64,000 nucleotides of DNA from Macrostomum hystrix (taxonomy: Eukaryota > Animalia > Platyhelminthes), in NCBI GenBank assembly GCA_950097015.1, contig CATNEN010000034.1:5146001-5210000 (forward strand). The letters run 5' to 3'. Within the stretch, counting starts at the first letter, position 1. Every line of letters starts with the position of its first letter. Positions 22,029 through 35,974 of this stretch are shown here, in pieces. Under the pieces are notes generated by a model. That model saw nothing but the letters and a program-made list of their open reading frames with translations. It was not told the origin of the DNA and ran no database searches. A program made the position numbers and the translations under genes.

Positions 22029-25000
22029 CTGACACTAAAGTTAACATTATAGCTGACACTAGCTGACACTAAAGTTGACATTATTGCTGACACTAGCTGA
22101 CACTAAAGTTGACATTATTGCTGACACTAGCTGACACGAAAGTTGACACTATAGCTGACACTAGCTGACACTAAAGTTGACATTATTGCTGACACTAGCT
22201 GACACGAAAGTTGACACTATAGCTGACACTAGCTGACACTAAAGTTGACATTATAGCTGACACTAGCTGACACTAAAGTTGACACTATAGCTGACACTAG
22301 CTGACACTAAAGTTGACATTATTGCTGACACTAGCTGACACTAAAGTTGACACTATAGCTGACACTATAGCTAACACTATAGCTGACACTAAAGTTGACA
22401 CTATAGCTGACACTAGCTGACACTAAAGTTGACACTATAGCTGACACTAAAGTTGACACCATAGCTGACACTAGCTGACACTAAAGTTGACACTATAGCT
22501 GACACTATAGCTGACACTATAGCTGACACTAAAGTTGACACTATAGCTGACACTAGCTGACACTAAAGTTGACACTATAGCTGACACTAAAGTTGACACT
22601 ATAGCTGACACTAGCTGACACTAAAGTTGACACTATAGCTGACACTATAGCTGACACTATAGCTGACACTATAGCTGACACTAAAGTTGACACTATAGCT
22701 GACACTAGCTGACACTAAAGTTGACATTATAGCTGACACTAGCTGACACTAAAGTTGACACTATAGCTGACACTAAAGTTGACACTAAAGTTGACACTAA
22801 AGTTGACACTATAGCTGACACTAAAGTTGACACTAAAGTTGACACTAAAGTTGACACTAAAATTGACACTAAAGTTGACACTAAAGTTGGCACTATAGCT
22901 GACACTAAAGTTGACATTATAGTTGACACTAAAATTGACACTAAAGTTGACACTAAAGTTGGCACTATAGCTGACACTAAAGTTGACATTATAGCTGACA
23001 CTATAGCTGACACTAAAGTTGACATTATAGCTGACACTAAAGTTGACACTATAGCTGACACTAGCTGACACTAAAGTTGACTCTATAGCTGACACTATAG
23101 CTGACACTATAGCTGACACTATAGCTGACACTAGCTGACACTAAAGTTGACACTACAGCTGACACTAGCTGACACTAAAGTTGACATTATTGCTGACACT
23201 AGCTGACACTAAAGTTGACATTATTACTGACACTAGCTGACACGAAAGTTGACACTATAGCTGACACTAGCTGACACTAAAGTTGACATTATTGCTGACA
23301 CTAGCTGACACTAAAGTTGACATTATTGCTGACACTAGCTGACACGAAAGTTGACACTATAGCTGACACTAGCTGACACTAAAGTTGACATTATTGCTGA
23401 CACTATAGCTGACACTAAAGTTGACATTATAGCTGACACTAAAGTTGACACTATAGCTGACACTAGCTGACACTAAAGTTGACTCTATAGCTGACACTAT
23501 AGCTGACACTATAGCTAACACTATAGCTGACACTAAAGTTGACACTATAGCTGACACTAGCTGACACTAAAGTTGACACTATAGCTGACACTAAAGTTGA
23601 CACTATAGCTGACACTAGCTGACACTAAAGTTGACACTATAGCTGACACTATAGCTGACACTATAGCTGACACTAAAGTTGACACTATAGCTGACACTAG
23701 CTGACACTAAAGTTGACACTATAGCTGACACTAAAGTTGACACTATAGCTGACACTAGCTGACACTAAAGTTGACACTATAGCTGACACTATAGCTGACA
23801 CTATAGCTGACACTATAGCTGACACTAAAGTTGACACTATAGCTGACACTAGCTGACACTAAAGTTGACATTATAGCTGACACTAGCTGACACTAAAGTT
23901 GACACTATAGCTGACACTAAAGTTGACACTAAAGTTGACACTAAAGTTGACACTAAAGTTGACACTAAAGTTGACACTAAAGTTGACACTAAAGTTGACA
24001 CTATAGCTGACACTAAAGTTGACATTATAGCTGACACTATAGCTGACACTAAAGTTGACATTATAGCTGACACTAAAGTTGACACTATAGCTGACACTAG
24101 CTGACACTAAAGTTGACTCTATAGCTGACACTATAGCTGACACTATAGCTGACACTATAGCTGACACTAGCTGACACTAAAGTTGACACTATAGCTGACA
24201 CTAGCTGACACTATAGCTGACACTAGCTGACACTAGCTGACACTAAAGTTGACATTATAGCTGACACTAGCTGACACTAGCTGACAATATAGCTGACACT
24301 AGCTGACACTAGCTGACACTAAAGTTGACATTATAGCTGACACTAGCTGACATTAAAGTTGACACTATAGCTGACACTAAAGTTGACACTATAGCTGACA
24401 CTAAAGTTGACACTATAGCTGACACTATAGCTGACACTATAGCTGACACTATAGCTGACACTATAGCTGACACTAGCTGACACTATAGCTGACACTATAG
24501 CTGACACTAAAGTTGACACTATAGCTGACACTAGCTGACACTAAAGTTGACACTATAGCTGACACTAAAGTTGACACTATAGCTGACACTAGCTGACACT
24601 AAAGTTGACACTATAGCTGACACTATAGCTGACACTATAGCTGACACTATAGCTGACACTAAAGTTGACACTATAGCTGACACTAGCTGACACTAAAGTT
24701 GACATTATAGCTGACACTAGCTGACACTAAAGTTGACACTATAGCTGACACTAAAGTTGACACTAAAGTTGACACTAAAGTTGACACTAAAATTGACACT
24801 AAAGTTGACACTAAAGTTGGCACTATAGCTGACACTAAAGTTGACATTATAGCTGACACTATAGCTGACACTAAAGTTGACATTATAGCTGACACTAAAG
24901 TTGACACTATAGCTGACACTAGCTGACACTAAAGTTGACTCTATAGCTGACACTATAGCTGACACTATAGCTGACACTATAGCTGACACTAGCTGACACT

Positions 25001-26398
25001 AAAGTTGACACTACAGCTGACACTAGCTGACACTAAAGTTGACATTATTGCTGACACTAGCTGACACTAAAGTTGACATTATTGCTGACACTAGCTGACA
25101 CGAAAGTTGACACTATAGCTGACACTAGCTGACACTAAAGTTGACATTATTGCTGACACTAGCTGACACTAAAGTTGACATTATTGCTGACACTAGCTGA
25201 CACGAAAGTTGACACTATAGCTGACACTAGCTGACACTAAAGTTGACATTATTGCTGACACTATAGCTGACACTAAAGTTGACATTATAGCTGACACTAG
25301 CTGACACTATAGCTGACACTATAGCTAACACTATAGCTGACACTAAAGTTGACACTATAGCTGACACTAGCTGACACTAAAGTTGACACTATAGCTGACA
25401 CTAAAGTTGACACTATAGCTGACACTAGCTGACACTAAAGTTGACACTATAGCTGACACTATAGCTGACACTATAGCTGACACTAAAGTTGACACTATAG
25501 CTGACACTAGCTGACACTAAAGTTGACACTATAGCTGACACTAAAGTTGACACTATAGCTGACACTAGCTGACACTAAAGTTGACACTATAGCTGACACT
25601 ATAGCTGACACTATAGCTGACACTATAGCTGACACTAAAGTTGACACTATAGCTGACACTAGCTGACACTAAAGTTGACATTATAGCTGACACTAGCTGA
25701 CACTAAAGTTGACACTATAGCTGACACTAAAGTTGACACTAAAGTTGACACTAAAGTTGACACTAAAGTTGACACTAAAGTTGACACTAAAGTTGACACT
25801 AAAGTTGACACTATAGCTGACACTAAAGTTGACATTATAGCTGACACTATAGCTGACACTAAAGTTGACATTATAGCTGACACTAAAGTTGACACCATAG
25901 CTGACACTAGCTGACACTAAAGTTGACTCTATAGCTGACACTATAGCTGACACTATAGCTGACACTATAGCTGACACTAGCTGACACTAAAGTTGACACT
26001 ATAGCTGACACTAGCTGACACTATAGCTGACACTAGCTGACACTAGCTGACACTAAAGTTGACATTATAGCTGACACTAGCTGACACTAGCTGACACTAT
26101 AGCTGACACTAGCTGACACTAGCTGACACTAAAGTTGACATTATAGCTGACACTAGCTGACATTAAAGTTGACACTATAGCTGACACTAAAGTTGACACT
26201 ATAGCTGACACTAAAGTTGACACTATAGCTGACACTATAGCTGACACTATAGCTGACACTATAGCTGACACTATAGCTGACACTAGCTGACACTATTGCT
26301 GACACTATTGCTGAGACTATAGCTGACACTAGCTGACACTATTGCTGACACTATTGCTGAGACTATAGCTGACACTAGCTGACACTATTGCTGACACT
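22029..26398. repeat. 4.4-kb modular satellite built from ATAGCTGACACT, AGCTGACACT, AAAGTTGACACT and variants, with an 1810-bp higher-order duplication
   Basis: Direct reading; 23511-24480 matches 25321-26290. Confidence 0.96.
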
Positions 26399-27467
26399 AT
26401 TATCTTCCGAAGCATTTTATAGCCAATAAGATATGCGGAATTATTTACGCGGATAAGAACTGCACCGCCAAACAATAAAGCATTGGCGGTGAGAAAAAAC
26501 TAGTTTTTTTTAGCTTAGCTCGGAACGGAGAGATATCAGACCGTTAGCCTGCAAAATTGTTCCTTTATATCACACTTCTTTATCTTTCCCGCCAAGCATA
26601 GTTTTTTAGCACTTTCGGCCTGAATATGTCTTCCTCTCAGTGCTAGATTTCACGAGATCTTCTAGTAGAGAGTCGTGAGACAGTCGGACAGTTTGAACAG
26701 AATCCCCGTTGCAGACAAACCAGACACAAAGCACACACGACACCAAAGCTGATAAGGGTCGGGTCCATTTTTCTGGCTCGTTTGAGTTCTTTTGACAAAT
26801 TCTTGAGCTGTTAAATATTGGCCTAATCTCTCTTTCTCAGGTCTCCTTCTCTATAATTTCGAAGCAACATAGTCCAGTGCATTTTATAGTTTCGGTAGCC
26901 GATAGACTTAACCTGTGCGAGAAAACATGTCCTCTAGTTAAATAAACTAGTCTTAATTTACTCAGTGTCAGTCTCTCGCTTTAGCCAGAAACACTATAGG
27001 TGTTGAGGCATTTGAAGGCAAAAGCGACAAGCAGTAGTTCTTGAGTTCTTTGAGTCGGAAAAATAAAATTCAATCTTTTCGAATTACTAAATTTACTATC
27101 TAGGCTGTATACGTATAGACAAGAGGCTTAATTTGACAATAAAACTATATTATTACCATTTTATAATTCTTAAAGCCTCACTGGATGGCAAAAACTGGGT
27201 CTTAGAGGCGCCACTTTGTCGATGTTGGGTAGAAATGCAGCTTTCTGTCGATAGAATGGGTTGCATTCCTCACTACCTACTGTTTAATTGTCTTCGGAGA
27301 CTGCAAGCCAGATAAACTGCGAATCTAATTATGCTAAACTTTTATTTACTCACTGGATGCATGAAAAACATGAAACTGTGCAGTTTCTATGCCTTTTTAA
27401 CTTTACTTTTATGGTTGAAAGTGGCATGCGTTCATGGGTAATAATGTGAAGGCGACGAGATAATGTG

Positions 27468-29017
27468 ACATTCCCAGGGAGAGATAATGTAGCATTGGGG
27501 GAGAGATAATGTGGCATTGGGGGAGGGATAATGTGGCATTGGGGGAGGGATAATGTGGCATTGGGGGAGGGATAATGTGGCATTGGGGGAGGGATAATGT
27601 GGCATTGGGGGAGGGATAATGTGGCATTGGGGGAGGGATAATGTAGCATTGGGGGAGAGATAATGTGGCATTGGGGGAGGGGTAATGTGGCATTGGGGGG
27701 AGCATAATGTGGCATTGGGGGAGGGATAATGTGGCATTGAGGGAGGGATAATTTAGTAGTGGGGGGAGGGATAATGTGGCATTGGGGGAGGGATAATGTG
27801 GCATTGGGGGAGGGATAATGTGGCATTGGGGGAGGGGTAATGTGGCATTGGGGGAGGGTAATGGGGCATTGGGGGAGGGATAATGTGGCATTGGGGGAGG
27901 GGTAATGTGGCATTGGGGGAGGGATAATGTGGCATTAGGGGAGGGATAATGTGGCATTGGGGGAGGGATAATGTGGCATTGGGGGAGGGATAATGTGGCA
28001 TTGGGAGAGGGAAATGTGGCATTGATGAGGGATAATGTGGCATTGGGGGAGGGATAATGTGGCATTGGGGGAGGGATAATGTGGCATTGGGGGAGGGATA
28101 ATGTGGCATTGGGGGTGGGGTAATGTGGCATTGGGGGGAGCATAATGTGGCATTGGGGGAGGGATAATGTGGCATTGGGGGAGGGGTAATGTGGCATTGG
28201 GGGAGGGATAATGTGGCATTGGGGAGGGGTAATGTGGCATTGGGGGAGGGGTAATGTGGCGTTGGGGGAGGGGTAATGTGGCATTGGGGGGAGGGGTAAT
28301 GTGGCATTGGGGGAGGGGTAATGTGGCATTGGGGGGAGGGGTAATGTAGCATTGGGGGATAGATAATATGGCATTGGGGGAGGGGTAATGTGGCATTGGG
28401 GGGAGGGGTAATGTAGCATTGGGGGAGAGATAATATGGCATTGGGGGAGGGGTAATGTGGCATTGGGGGAGGGGTAATGTTGCATTGGGGGAGAGATAAT
28501 GTGGCATTGGGGGAGGGGTAATGTGGCATTGGGGGGAGCATAATGTGGCATTGGGGGAGGGATAATGTGGCATTGAGGGAGGGATAATTTAGTAGTGGGG
28601 GGAGGGATAATGTGGCATTGGGGGAGGGGTAATGCGGCATTGAGGGAGGGATAATTTAGTAGTGGGGGGAGGGATAATGTGGCATTGGGGGAGGGGTAAT
28701 GCGGCATTGGGGGAGGGGTAATGTGGCATTGGGGGGAGCATAAAGTGGCATTGGGGGAGGGATAATGTGGCATTGGGGGGAGGGGTAATGTGGCATTGGG
28801 GGAGGGATAATTTAGTAGTGGGGGGAGGGATAATGTGGCATTGGGGGAGGGGTAATGCGGCATTGGGGGAGGGGTAATGTGGCATTGGGGGGAGCATAAA
28901 GTGGCATTGGGGGAGGGATAATGTGGCATTGGGGGGAGGGGTAATGTGGCATTGGGGGAGGGGTAATGTGGCATTGGGGGAGGGATAATGTGGCATTGGG
29001 GGGAGGATAATGTGGCA
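27468..29017. repeat. G-rich ~22-bp tandem repeat GGGGGAGGGATAATGTGGCATT
   Basis: Direct reading; G-run length varies. Confidence 0.96.
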
Positions 29018-29684
29018 CAAGTGGTAATTGGGAGCGTCGGAGACCGTTGTACTTTTGCAGGGATGGTAACTAACACCAAGACGTATCAGCCATATAGCAT
29101 GCTGACAGCATGATTAGTGTGAATCAAGTTGCAAATTACAGAACCGCTTTGATGTGCAAATTTTAATTAATAAAAGCCTCTGCCTTTTTCAAAGTAATTT
29201 AATTGCGATTAATTTGGATTAGAAAAAAAGCGAAATTTTAATTTTCTTTCTTTTTTGGCTGTGGTCTCCTGTGTCAATTTCCTGTTCCATGAGCGAAGGT
29301 TGAAGATTTTGATTTTAACCTGCCACTTTGGTCAATGAAGTAAATCATGCTTTCAATTTCAAACAGACAACTCACGCGATTTGATTTCCTTTCGAAGGCT
29401 AAGTTTCTTCTTTGAGTAGAAGAAGTCTTTGTCGAGTGATACCAAATGGTATCTATAGGTACTGCTTCCGTTTAAGCACTGGCTGTGATTTCAGTGGCTT
29501 CAAAGACCTAAACAGCTGATTTTCTGTGGCGGCCAGACTGTGGTATAGCCTGTCTGTTGTCTCCGAGCTTTCAAATCGACGATTAAAAGCAAAAAAATAA
29601 AGCAGCAGTTCTTTATGGACTCGATTCGATTGGTCGAGAGGGCCAGCCAATGGCAGTGGAATGGGCTCACTTGACACAGCAAGT

Positions 29685-30525
29685 AGTGAGAGAAACAGGG
29701 TGAGATTCTATGAGAAAGAGTGAGAGAAACAGGGTGAGATTCAGTGGGAAAGAGTGAGAGAAACAGGGTGAGATTCATTGGGAAAAAGTGAGAAAAACAG
29801 GATGAGATTCATTGGTAAAGAGTGAGATAAACAGGATGAGATTCAGCGGGAAAGAGTAAGAGAAACAGGGTGAGATTCATTGGGAAAGAGTGAGAGAAAT
29901 AGGTGAGATTCATAGGGAAAGAGTGAGAGAAACAGGATGAGATTCGTTGGGAAAGAGTGAGAGAAACAGGATGAGATTCGTTGGGAAAGAGTGAGAGAAA
30001 CAGGATAAGATTCATTGGGAAAGAGTGAGAGAAACAGGATGAGATTCGTTGGGAAAGAGTGAGAGAAACAGGATGAGATTCGTTGGGAAAGAGTGAGAGA
30101 AACAGGATGAGATTCATAGGGAAAGAGTGAGAGAAACAGGGTGAGATTCATTGGGAAAGAGTGAGAGAAACAGGATGAGATTCATTGGGAAAGAGTGAGA
30201 GAAACAGGATGAGATTCGTTGGGAAAGAGTGAGAGAAACAGGATGAGATTCATTGGGAAAGAGTGTGATAAACAGGGTGAGATTCATTGGGAAAGAGTGA
30301 GAGAAACTGAATGAGATTCATTGGGAAAGAGTGAGAGAAACAGGATGAGATTCATTGGGAAAGAGTGTGATAAACAGGATGAGATTCATTGGGAAAGAGT
30401 GTGATAAACTGGATGAGATTCATTGGGAAAGAGTGTGATAAACAGGATGAGATTCATTGGGAAAGAGTGAGAGAAACAGGATGAGATTCATTGGGAAAGA
30501 TAAAGATAAACAGGATGAGATTCGT
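29685..30525. repeat. 34-bp tandem repeat GAGAGAAACAGGATGAGATTCATTGGGAAAGAGT
   Basis: GATTCG at 29941, 29975 etc. Confidence 0.95.
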
Positions 30526-31054
30526 TGAAAAAGAGGAATATAAAGAGATTCGTTGAGAATGATTTGATTAGAAACACCATGAGATGCAGTTTTATTGGTG
30601 AGTGAAAGAAGCAGAGATGTGTGTGGGTCTGAGGTTGGGATCTCACAGTTGATCAGAAAGTTCAAAGCAAGCCAGCGCGCAGAAGAAAATGAATAAGGAG
30701 CGATTCTATGCCCAGTGACAGACCCGGCAGTTGGCGCTGAAAATTCGTGAATCGAAGGCACAGTTTTGAAGTCCCCAGTGACATGTTCAATGAAGCGCAG
30801 CGTCTATCACCAACGGGGCGCCAGTGCGAGGAGGATGGGGTTGCTGCGCGGTTGCTAAGGGGAGGGGGAGAATTGCGCAGGTTTGGCCAGGATTCGACTT
30901 GTGGGAAATGTCTCCCCCGCCTTGGACGCAGCGGAGCCGCAATTTCAACTGGTTGCTTATCGTGCGACTTCGGACAGTCGATAGAACTTATTAAAATACG
31001 GCAGAATTGGCTTTTGCGCAATATTCTCATTTGAAAAAACTTGTAAAAGACCGG

Positions 31055-32400
31055 CGTGAAACAGGTAAAAGACAGGTAAGAAACAGGCAAAATACTAGCA
31101 AGACACAGTTAAACAACAAGCGAGATACGGGTAAAATACAGGCGAGAAACAGGGTAAGATACAGGCGAGAAACAGGTAAAAGACAGGCGAGAAACAGGTA
31201 AAAGACAGTTGAGAAACAGGTAAAAGACAGGCGAGAAACAGGTAAAAGACAGTTGAGAAACAGGTAAAAGACAGGCGAGAAACAGGGTAAGATACAGGCG
31301 AGAAACAGGTGAAAGACAGGCGAGAAACAGGTAAAAGACAGTCGAGAAACGGGGTAAGATACAGGCGAGAAACAGGTAAAAGACAGTCGATCGAAACAGG
31401 GTAAGACACAGGCGAGAAACAGGTAAAAGACAGGCGAGAAACAGGGTAAGATACAGGCGAGAAACAGGTAAAAGACAGGCGAGAAACAGGGTAAGATACA
31501 GGCGAGAAACAGGTAAAAGACAGGCGAGAAACTGGGTAAGATACAGGCGAGAAACAGGTAAAAGACAGTCGATCGAAACAGGGTAAGACACAGGCGAGAA
31601 ACAGGTAAAAGACAGTCGAGAAGCTTGGTAAGATACAGGCGAGAAACAGGTAAAAGACAGTCGATCGAAACAGGGTAAGACACAGGCGAGAAACAGGTAA
31701 AAGACAGGCGAGAAACAGGTAAAAGACAGTTGAGAAACAGGTAAAAGACAGGCGAGAAACGGGGTAAGATACAGGCGAGAAACAGGTAAAAGACTGTCGA
31801 GAAACGGGGTAAGATACAGGCGAGAAACAGGTAAAAGACAGTCGATCGAAACAGGGTAAGACACAGGCGAGAAACAGGTAAAAGACAGTCGAGAAACGGG
31901 GTAAGATACAGGCGAGAAACAGGTAAAAGACAGTCGAGAAACGGGGTAAGATACAGGCGAGAAACAGGTAAAAGACAGTCGATCGAAACAGGGTAAGACA
32001 CAGGCGAGAAACAGGTAAAAGACAGTCGAGAAACGGGGTAAGATACAGGCGAGAAACAGGTAAAAGACAGTCGAGAAACAGGTAAAAGACAGGCGAGAAA
32101 CAGGTAAAAGACTGTCGAGAAACGGGGTAAGATACAGGCGAGAAACAGGTAAAAGACTGTCGAGAAACGGGGTAAGATACAGGCGAGAAACAGGTAAAAG
32201 ACAGTCGAGAAACGGGGTAAGATACAGGCGAGAAACAGGTAAAAGACAGTCGAGAAACGGGGTAAGACACAGGCGAGAAACAGGTAAAAGACAGTCGAGA
32301 AACAGGTAAAAGACAGGCGAGAAACAGGGTAAGATACAGGCGAGAAACAGGTAAAAGACAGGCGAGAAACAGATAAAAGACAGGCGAGAAACAGGTGAAA
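31055..32400. repeat. 22-25-bp composite tandem repeat (AGGCGAGAAACAGGTAAAAGAC and variants)
   Basis: Direct reading. Confidence 0.95.
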
Positions 32401-33450
32401 CCCAGATGAGAAACGGGTGAGAACATTTGGAAGACAGGTCAAAGCTAGAAATTTTAGATTAGATAATCAGCCTATAGGGGGGATAAGGCAGCTTATCACT
32501 AATGAAGTCCCTCAAGTTGCAGCAATCCGGTGTCGCTCGCTGGAACTTGTTGCGTAATATTTCTGCAACACAAAAAAGCTCACAGATGAAGCCTATTTAT
32601 TATAAGCCTATATATCCCGTTGAATTTTGGCATCCCAATCAGAGGATTCAGGTGAAACAGTTCCGGCTGCTTAATCCTGAGGTACCCAGAGAAGGGGCGG
32701 GACAAATTTCAGTTTTTTCATTTGGTCAAAAAAGAAATTTCAGACAAATGCGAAGAAAGATTTGCTGCATCGGCTTTTTGTAGGATTTCCTTTGACACGA
32801 ATTCTGGTTTTAAAAATCCTCATAGATGAGTCACGAACTGGGAATCGAGTGAATCAAAAAGGCGAAATTCACAAATTAAAAGACATATATATATATTTGA
32901 CACATTAAACTGAAAATCCTGTGTTTTTCTCCATGCATTTTGTCGGTTGGAGTTCATGACTGATTAGAAAAATTTTCTATTTCTCACTAGCAACGTGCGT
33001 GCTAGGATTCTTGAAAAATAATTCATCTCTCAGAAAAGAAGAAATTGTTTTTTTAATTCTTAAAACAAAAAAAAACACTGATTCAGTTGCGTGACATCTT
33101 TTAGACAAGAATTTGATTGCTTGAAACAATTTCATTTTCAAAGGTTTTCTCTCACGGAATTCTGTTCCTTCAGCCTCAATGCTGACTGACACTTTAAAAA
33201 AAACCTTGAAATGCTACTATCAGTAGAGTATCACGAGGCCATATTTTTTATACTCCTAAATATGAGACTTAAGATTTTTACAGAAACAAAATGATATATG
33301 TGCAGATATTAATTATATTCGAGAAACAGACACTTCTGCACAATTCGAGTGCTCAAAATTTAACTTTATAAATTTGAAATAAAAGAATGGTGAATATTTT
33401 ATAGTTTGATATCGTAACTACGTAAGACATTTACAGAATTTTTTACACTA

Positions 33451-33950
33451 AGCGTCAGTGAGTGTCAGTGAGTGTCAGTGAGTGTCAGTGAGTGTCAGTG
33501 AGTGTCAGTGAGTGTCAGTGAGTGTCAGTGAGTGTCAGTGAGTGTCAGTGAGAGTCAGTGAGTGTCAGTGAGTGTCAGTGAGTGTCAGTGAGTGTCAGTG
33601 AGTGTCAGTGAGTGTCAGTGAGTGTCAGTGAGTGTCAGTGAGTGTCAGTGAGTGTCAGTGAGTGTCAGTGAGTGTCAGTGAGTGTCAGTGAGTGTCAGTG
33701 AGTGTCAGTGAGTGTCAGTGAGTGTCAGTGAGTGTCAGTGAGTGTCAGTGAGAGTCAGTGAGTGTCAGTGAGTGTCAGTGAGTGTCAGTGAGTGTCAGTG
33801 AGTGTCAGTGAGTGTCAGTGAGTGTCAGTGAGTGTCAGTGAGTGTCAGTGAGTGTCAGTGAGTGTCAGTGAGTGTCAGTGAGTGTCAGTGAGTGTCAGTG
33901 AGTGTCAGTGAGTGTCAGTGAGTGTCAGTGAGAGTCAGTAAGTGTCAGTT
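33451..33950. repeat. 10-bp tandem repeat (AGTGTCAGTG) x ~50, abutting the stop codon of the MGCTKSK gene
   Basis: Exact 10-bp phase; three AGAGT variants. Confidence 0.98.
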
Positions 33951-34124
33951 AATAAAACGCAGCCGAGCAGCGTCCGCCTTCGTCCATCGGGTTGTCATCA
34001 AAGTCGAGCCGATCGAAGGCCTCCACAGTCCACTGGGTCGGAGAGCCAAAGTCCTCGTATTCGTTGCGCGTGCGGTCGCGTGCGGCATCCAGTTGAGCTA
34101 GGCAGTCCTCCTGACTCGCCGCTT
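33949..34124 (-). CDS. Orphan acylated protein, exon 2: (E)AASQEDCLAQLDAARDRTRNEYEDFGSPTQWTVEAFDRLDFDDNPMDEGGRCSAAFY*
   Basis: Acceptor TTCTCAG| 34125/34124 phase 1 matches the exon 1 donor; GC-rich open frame; TAA 33951-33949. Confidence 0.75.
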
Positions 34125-34159
34125 CTGAGAACGATGGGTGGTTAGCTAGTAAATTAAAA

Positions 34160-34875
34160 TTCTAACGGACTTTGAGTTTACCGGACCTAAAATTTAACGG
34201 ACTTAGGGTTTAACGGAATTGTAAGTTAACAGATTTGGAATTTTACGGACTCGAAATTTACAGGCCTTAGAAATTGCGCATTTGCGGATTAACGGAGATG
34301 GAATTAACGGACTAGAAACAAAGGAATTATAAGTTAACGGACAATGGATAAAAGGACTAGGAATAAACAGACTAGGAATTACCGGACAAGGAATTTACGG
34401 ACCTGGAATTAACGGACTAGAAATTACCCGACTAGGAATTAACGGACTGGAAATTAACGCACTGTGAATTAACGGACTGGGAATTAACGGACTGAGAAAT
34501 AACGGACTGGGAATTAACGGACTGGGAATTAACGGACTGGGAATTAACGGAATGGGAATTACCGGACTGGGAATTAACGGACTAGTAATTACCCGAATTG
34601 GAATTAACGGACTGGGAATTAACGGACTGGGAATTAACGGACTAGGAATTAGGGACTTGGAATTACCGTACTAGGAATTAACGGACTAGGAATTTCCCGA
34701 CTTGAAATTAACGGACTGGGAATAAACGGACTGGGAATAAACGGACTGGGAATTAACTGACTGGGAATTAACGGACTGGGAATTAACGGATTGAAAATTA
34801 ACGGACTGGGAAATAACGGGCTGGGAATTAACGGACTGAAAATTAACGGACTGGAAATTAACGGACTTGGAATTG
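34160..34875. repeat. 15-bp intronic repeat AATTAACGGACTGGG, degenerate towards 34160
   Basis: Direct reading; fills the 823-bp intron. Confidence 0.9.
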
Positions 34876-34947
34876 AGCAAACTTAATATATAACCGAGAT
34901 GAATTTACTTGGCTGAAATTTCGCGGACAGAAACATATTTTCCTCAC

Positions 34948-35233
34948 CTTCCAAGCGTGCGGCGTATCCGACACTGCCCTGACTGCTGCCAGCATCTACC
35001 ATGGTTGTCGGCGGCAGAGCCAGCAGGTTCAGCGCTGTTGAGGACGCATTCGGCAGCCGTTCCGAGCTCTCCTGACGCCGATTTCTCAGAGCCGCTGTGG
35101 ATCCGTTTCGCAGCAGCGCGAAAATTCTTGTCGGAATCTTTCTCAACGACTGGGATCTCGGCCGATGGACCGGGACGCCGTTGGTTGCCATGGTAACGCG
35201 CGGATTCGTATATTTGGATTTGGTGCAGCCCAT
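34948..35233 (-). CDS. Orphan 153-aa protein, exon 1, N-terminus MGCTKSK (predicted myristoylation + palmitoylation)
   Basis: ATG 35233; Gly2-Cys3-Ser6-Lys7; donor GAAG|GTGAGG 34948/34947 phase 1; GC-rich island. Confidence 0.75.
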
Positions 35234-35698
35234 TGAATAATATGGTTCTCTGTTCTGTAAGCCAGTTCTACAGCTGGAATGGATTAGTTACGCGTAAAGG
35301 GAAATTTAATTTTTCAACGCTTGATCTGCCACTTCCCTTTTACTGAGAACTGTTCGCAGTAAAATGGGATTAGTTGCTCATTCTCTTTACTATTTTGCGC
35401 GTACTCCAGTCCCAACCAATCCAGTCCAAGGCAATATCGCACTGAGAAATCGATTTTTCCCTTCTCTCTTTCTGCCATTCTACTTTTCTTGTCTCTCTTC
35501 TAAATAAAACGTATTCCTATTCATAGCTCTTATTAATCTATTGAAGCATTCCATTATAATAATAATGCTTGCAGGAGGGCTGCGGGCAATGGCACATCAT
35601 TTGGTGACACTAGACCCGCAGCCAGCGAGGAGGCAATTCTGCCCATTCTGCCAATTCGCTGATTTCTGAGCACACACGAACACAGATACTGTACGCAG

Positions 35699-35797
35699 GC
35701 ACACGCTCACACAGGTGTGTACACTGCCTGACTTTCTCATCGTCAGGCAGTGTACATTTCACTGTGCCTTGAGGTTGGCCCTCAATGGCGTAAATTG
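35699..35797. mobile_element. ~100-bp dispersed hairpin-containing element, copy 1 (perfect 15-bp stem 35718-32/35742-56)
   Basis: Homologous in inverted orientation to 55386-55489. Confidence 0.55.
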
Positions 35798-35974
35798 CAC
35801 GACAAGCCCCAAAGCCTTCTCTCCGCGGCTGCGCCCCAAATAAATGTGGCCTCGCCGCGGAATCGAGCTGAGCGACCTTGAGGCAAACGTGCTAATCGCT
35901 CCGTTAACTCCACGCCCCCCAGTCTATACCATTTCTTTGAATAAAATTAGAACTATACTAGATTCGGAAGACGA

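Noticed and set aside
30700-31034. GC-rich island with a 95-aa ORF between two arrays
   Set aside because: No recognisable domain or consistent splice sites; may be a promoter or UTR exon but this is unsupported
35733-35748. Hammerhead-like CTGACGA-TGA-GAAA-GTC on the minus strand
   Set aside because: No stem II between the core motifs, and the second copy lacks CTGA
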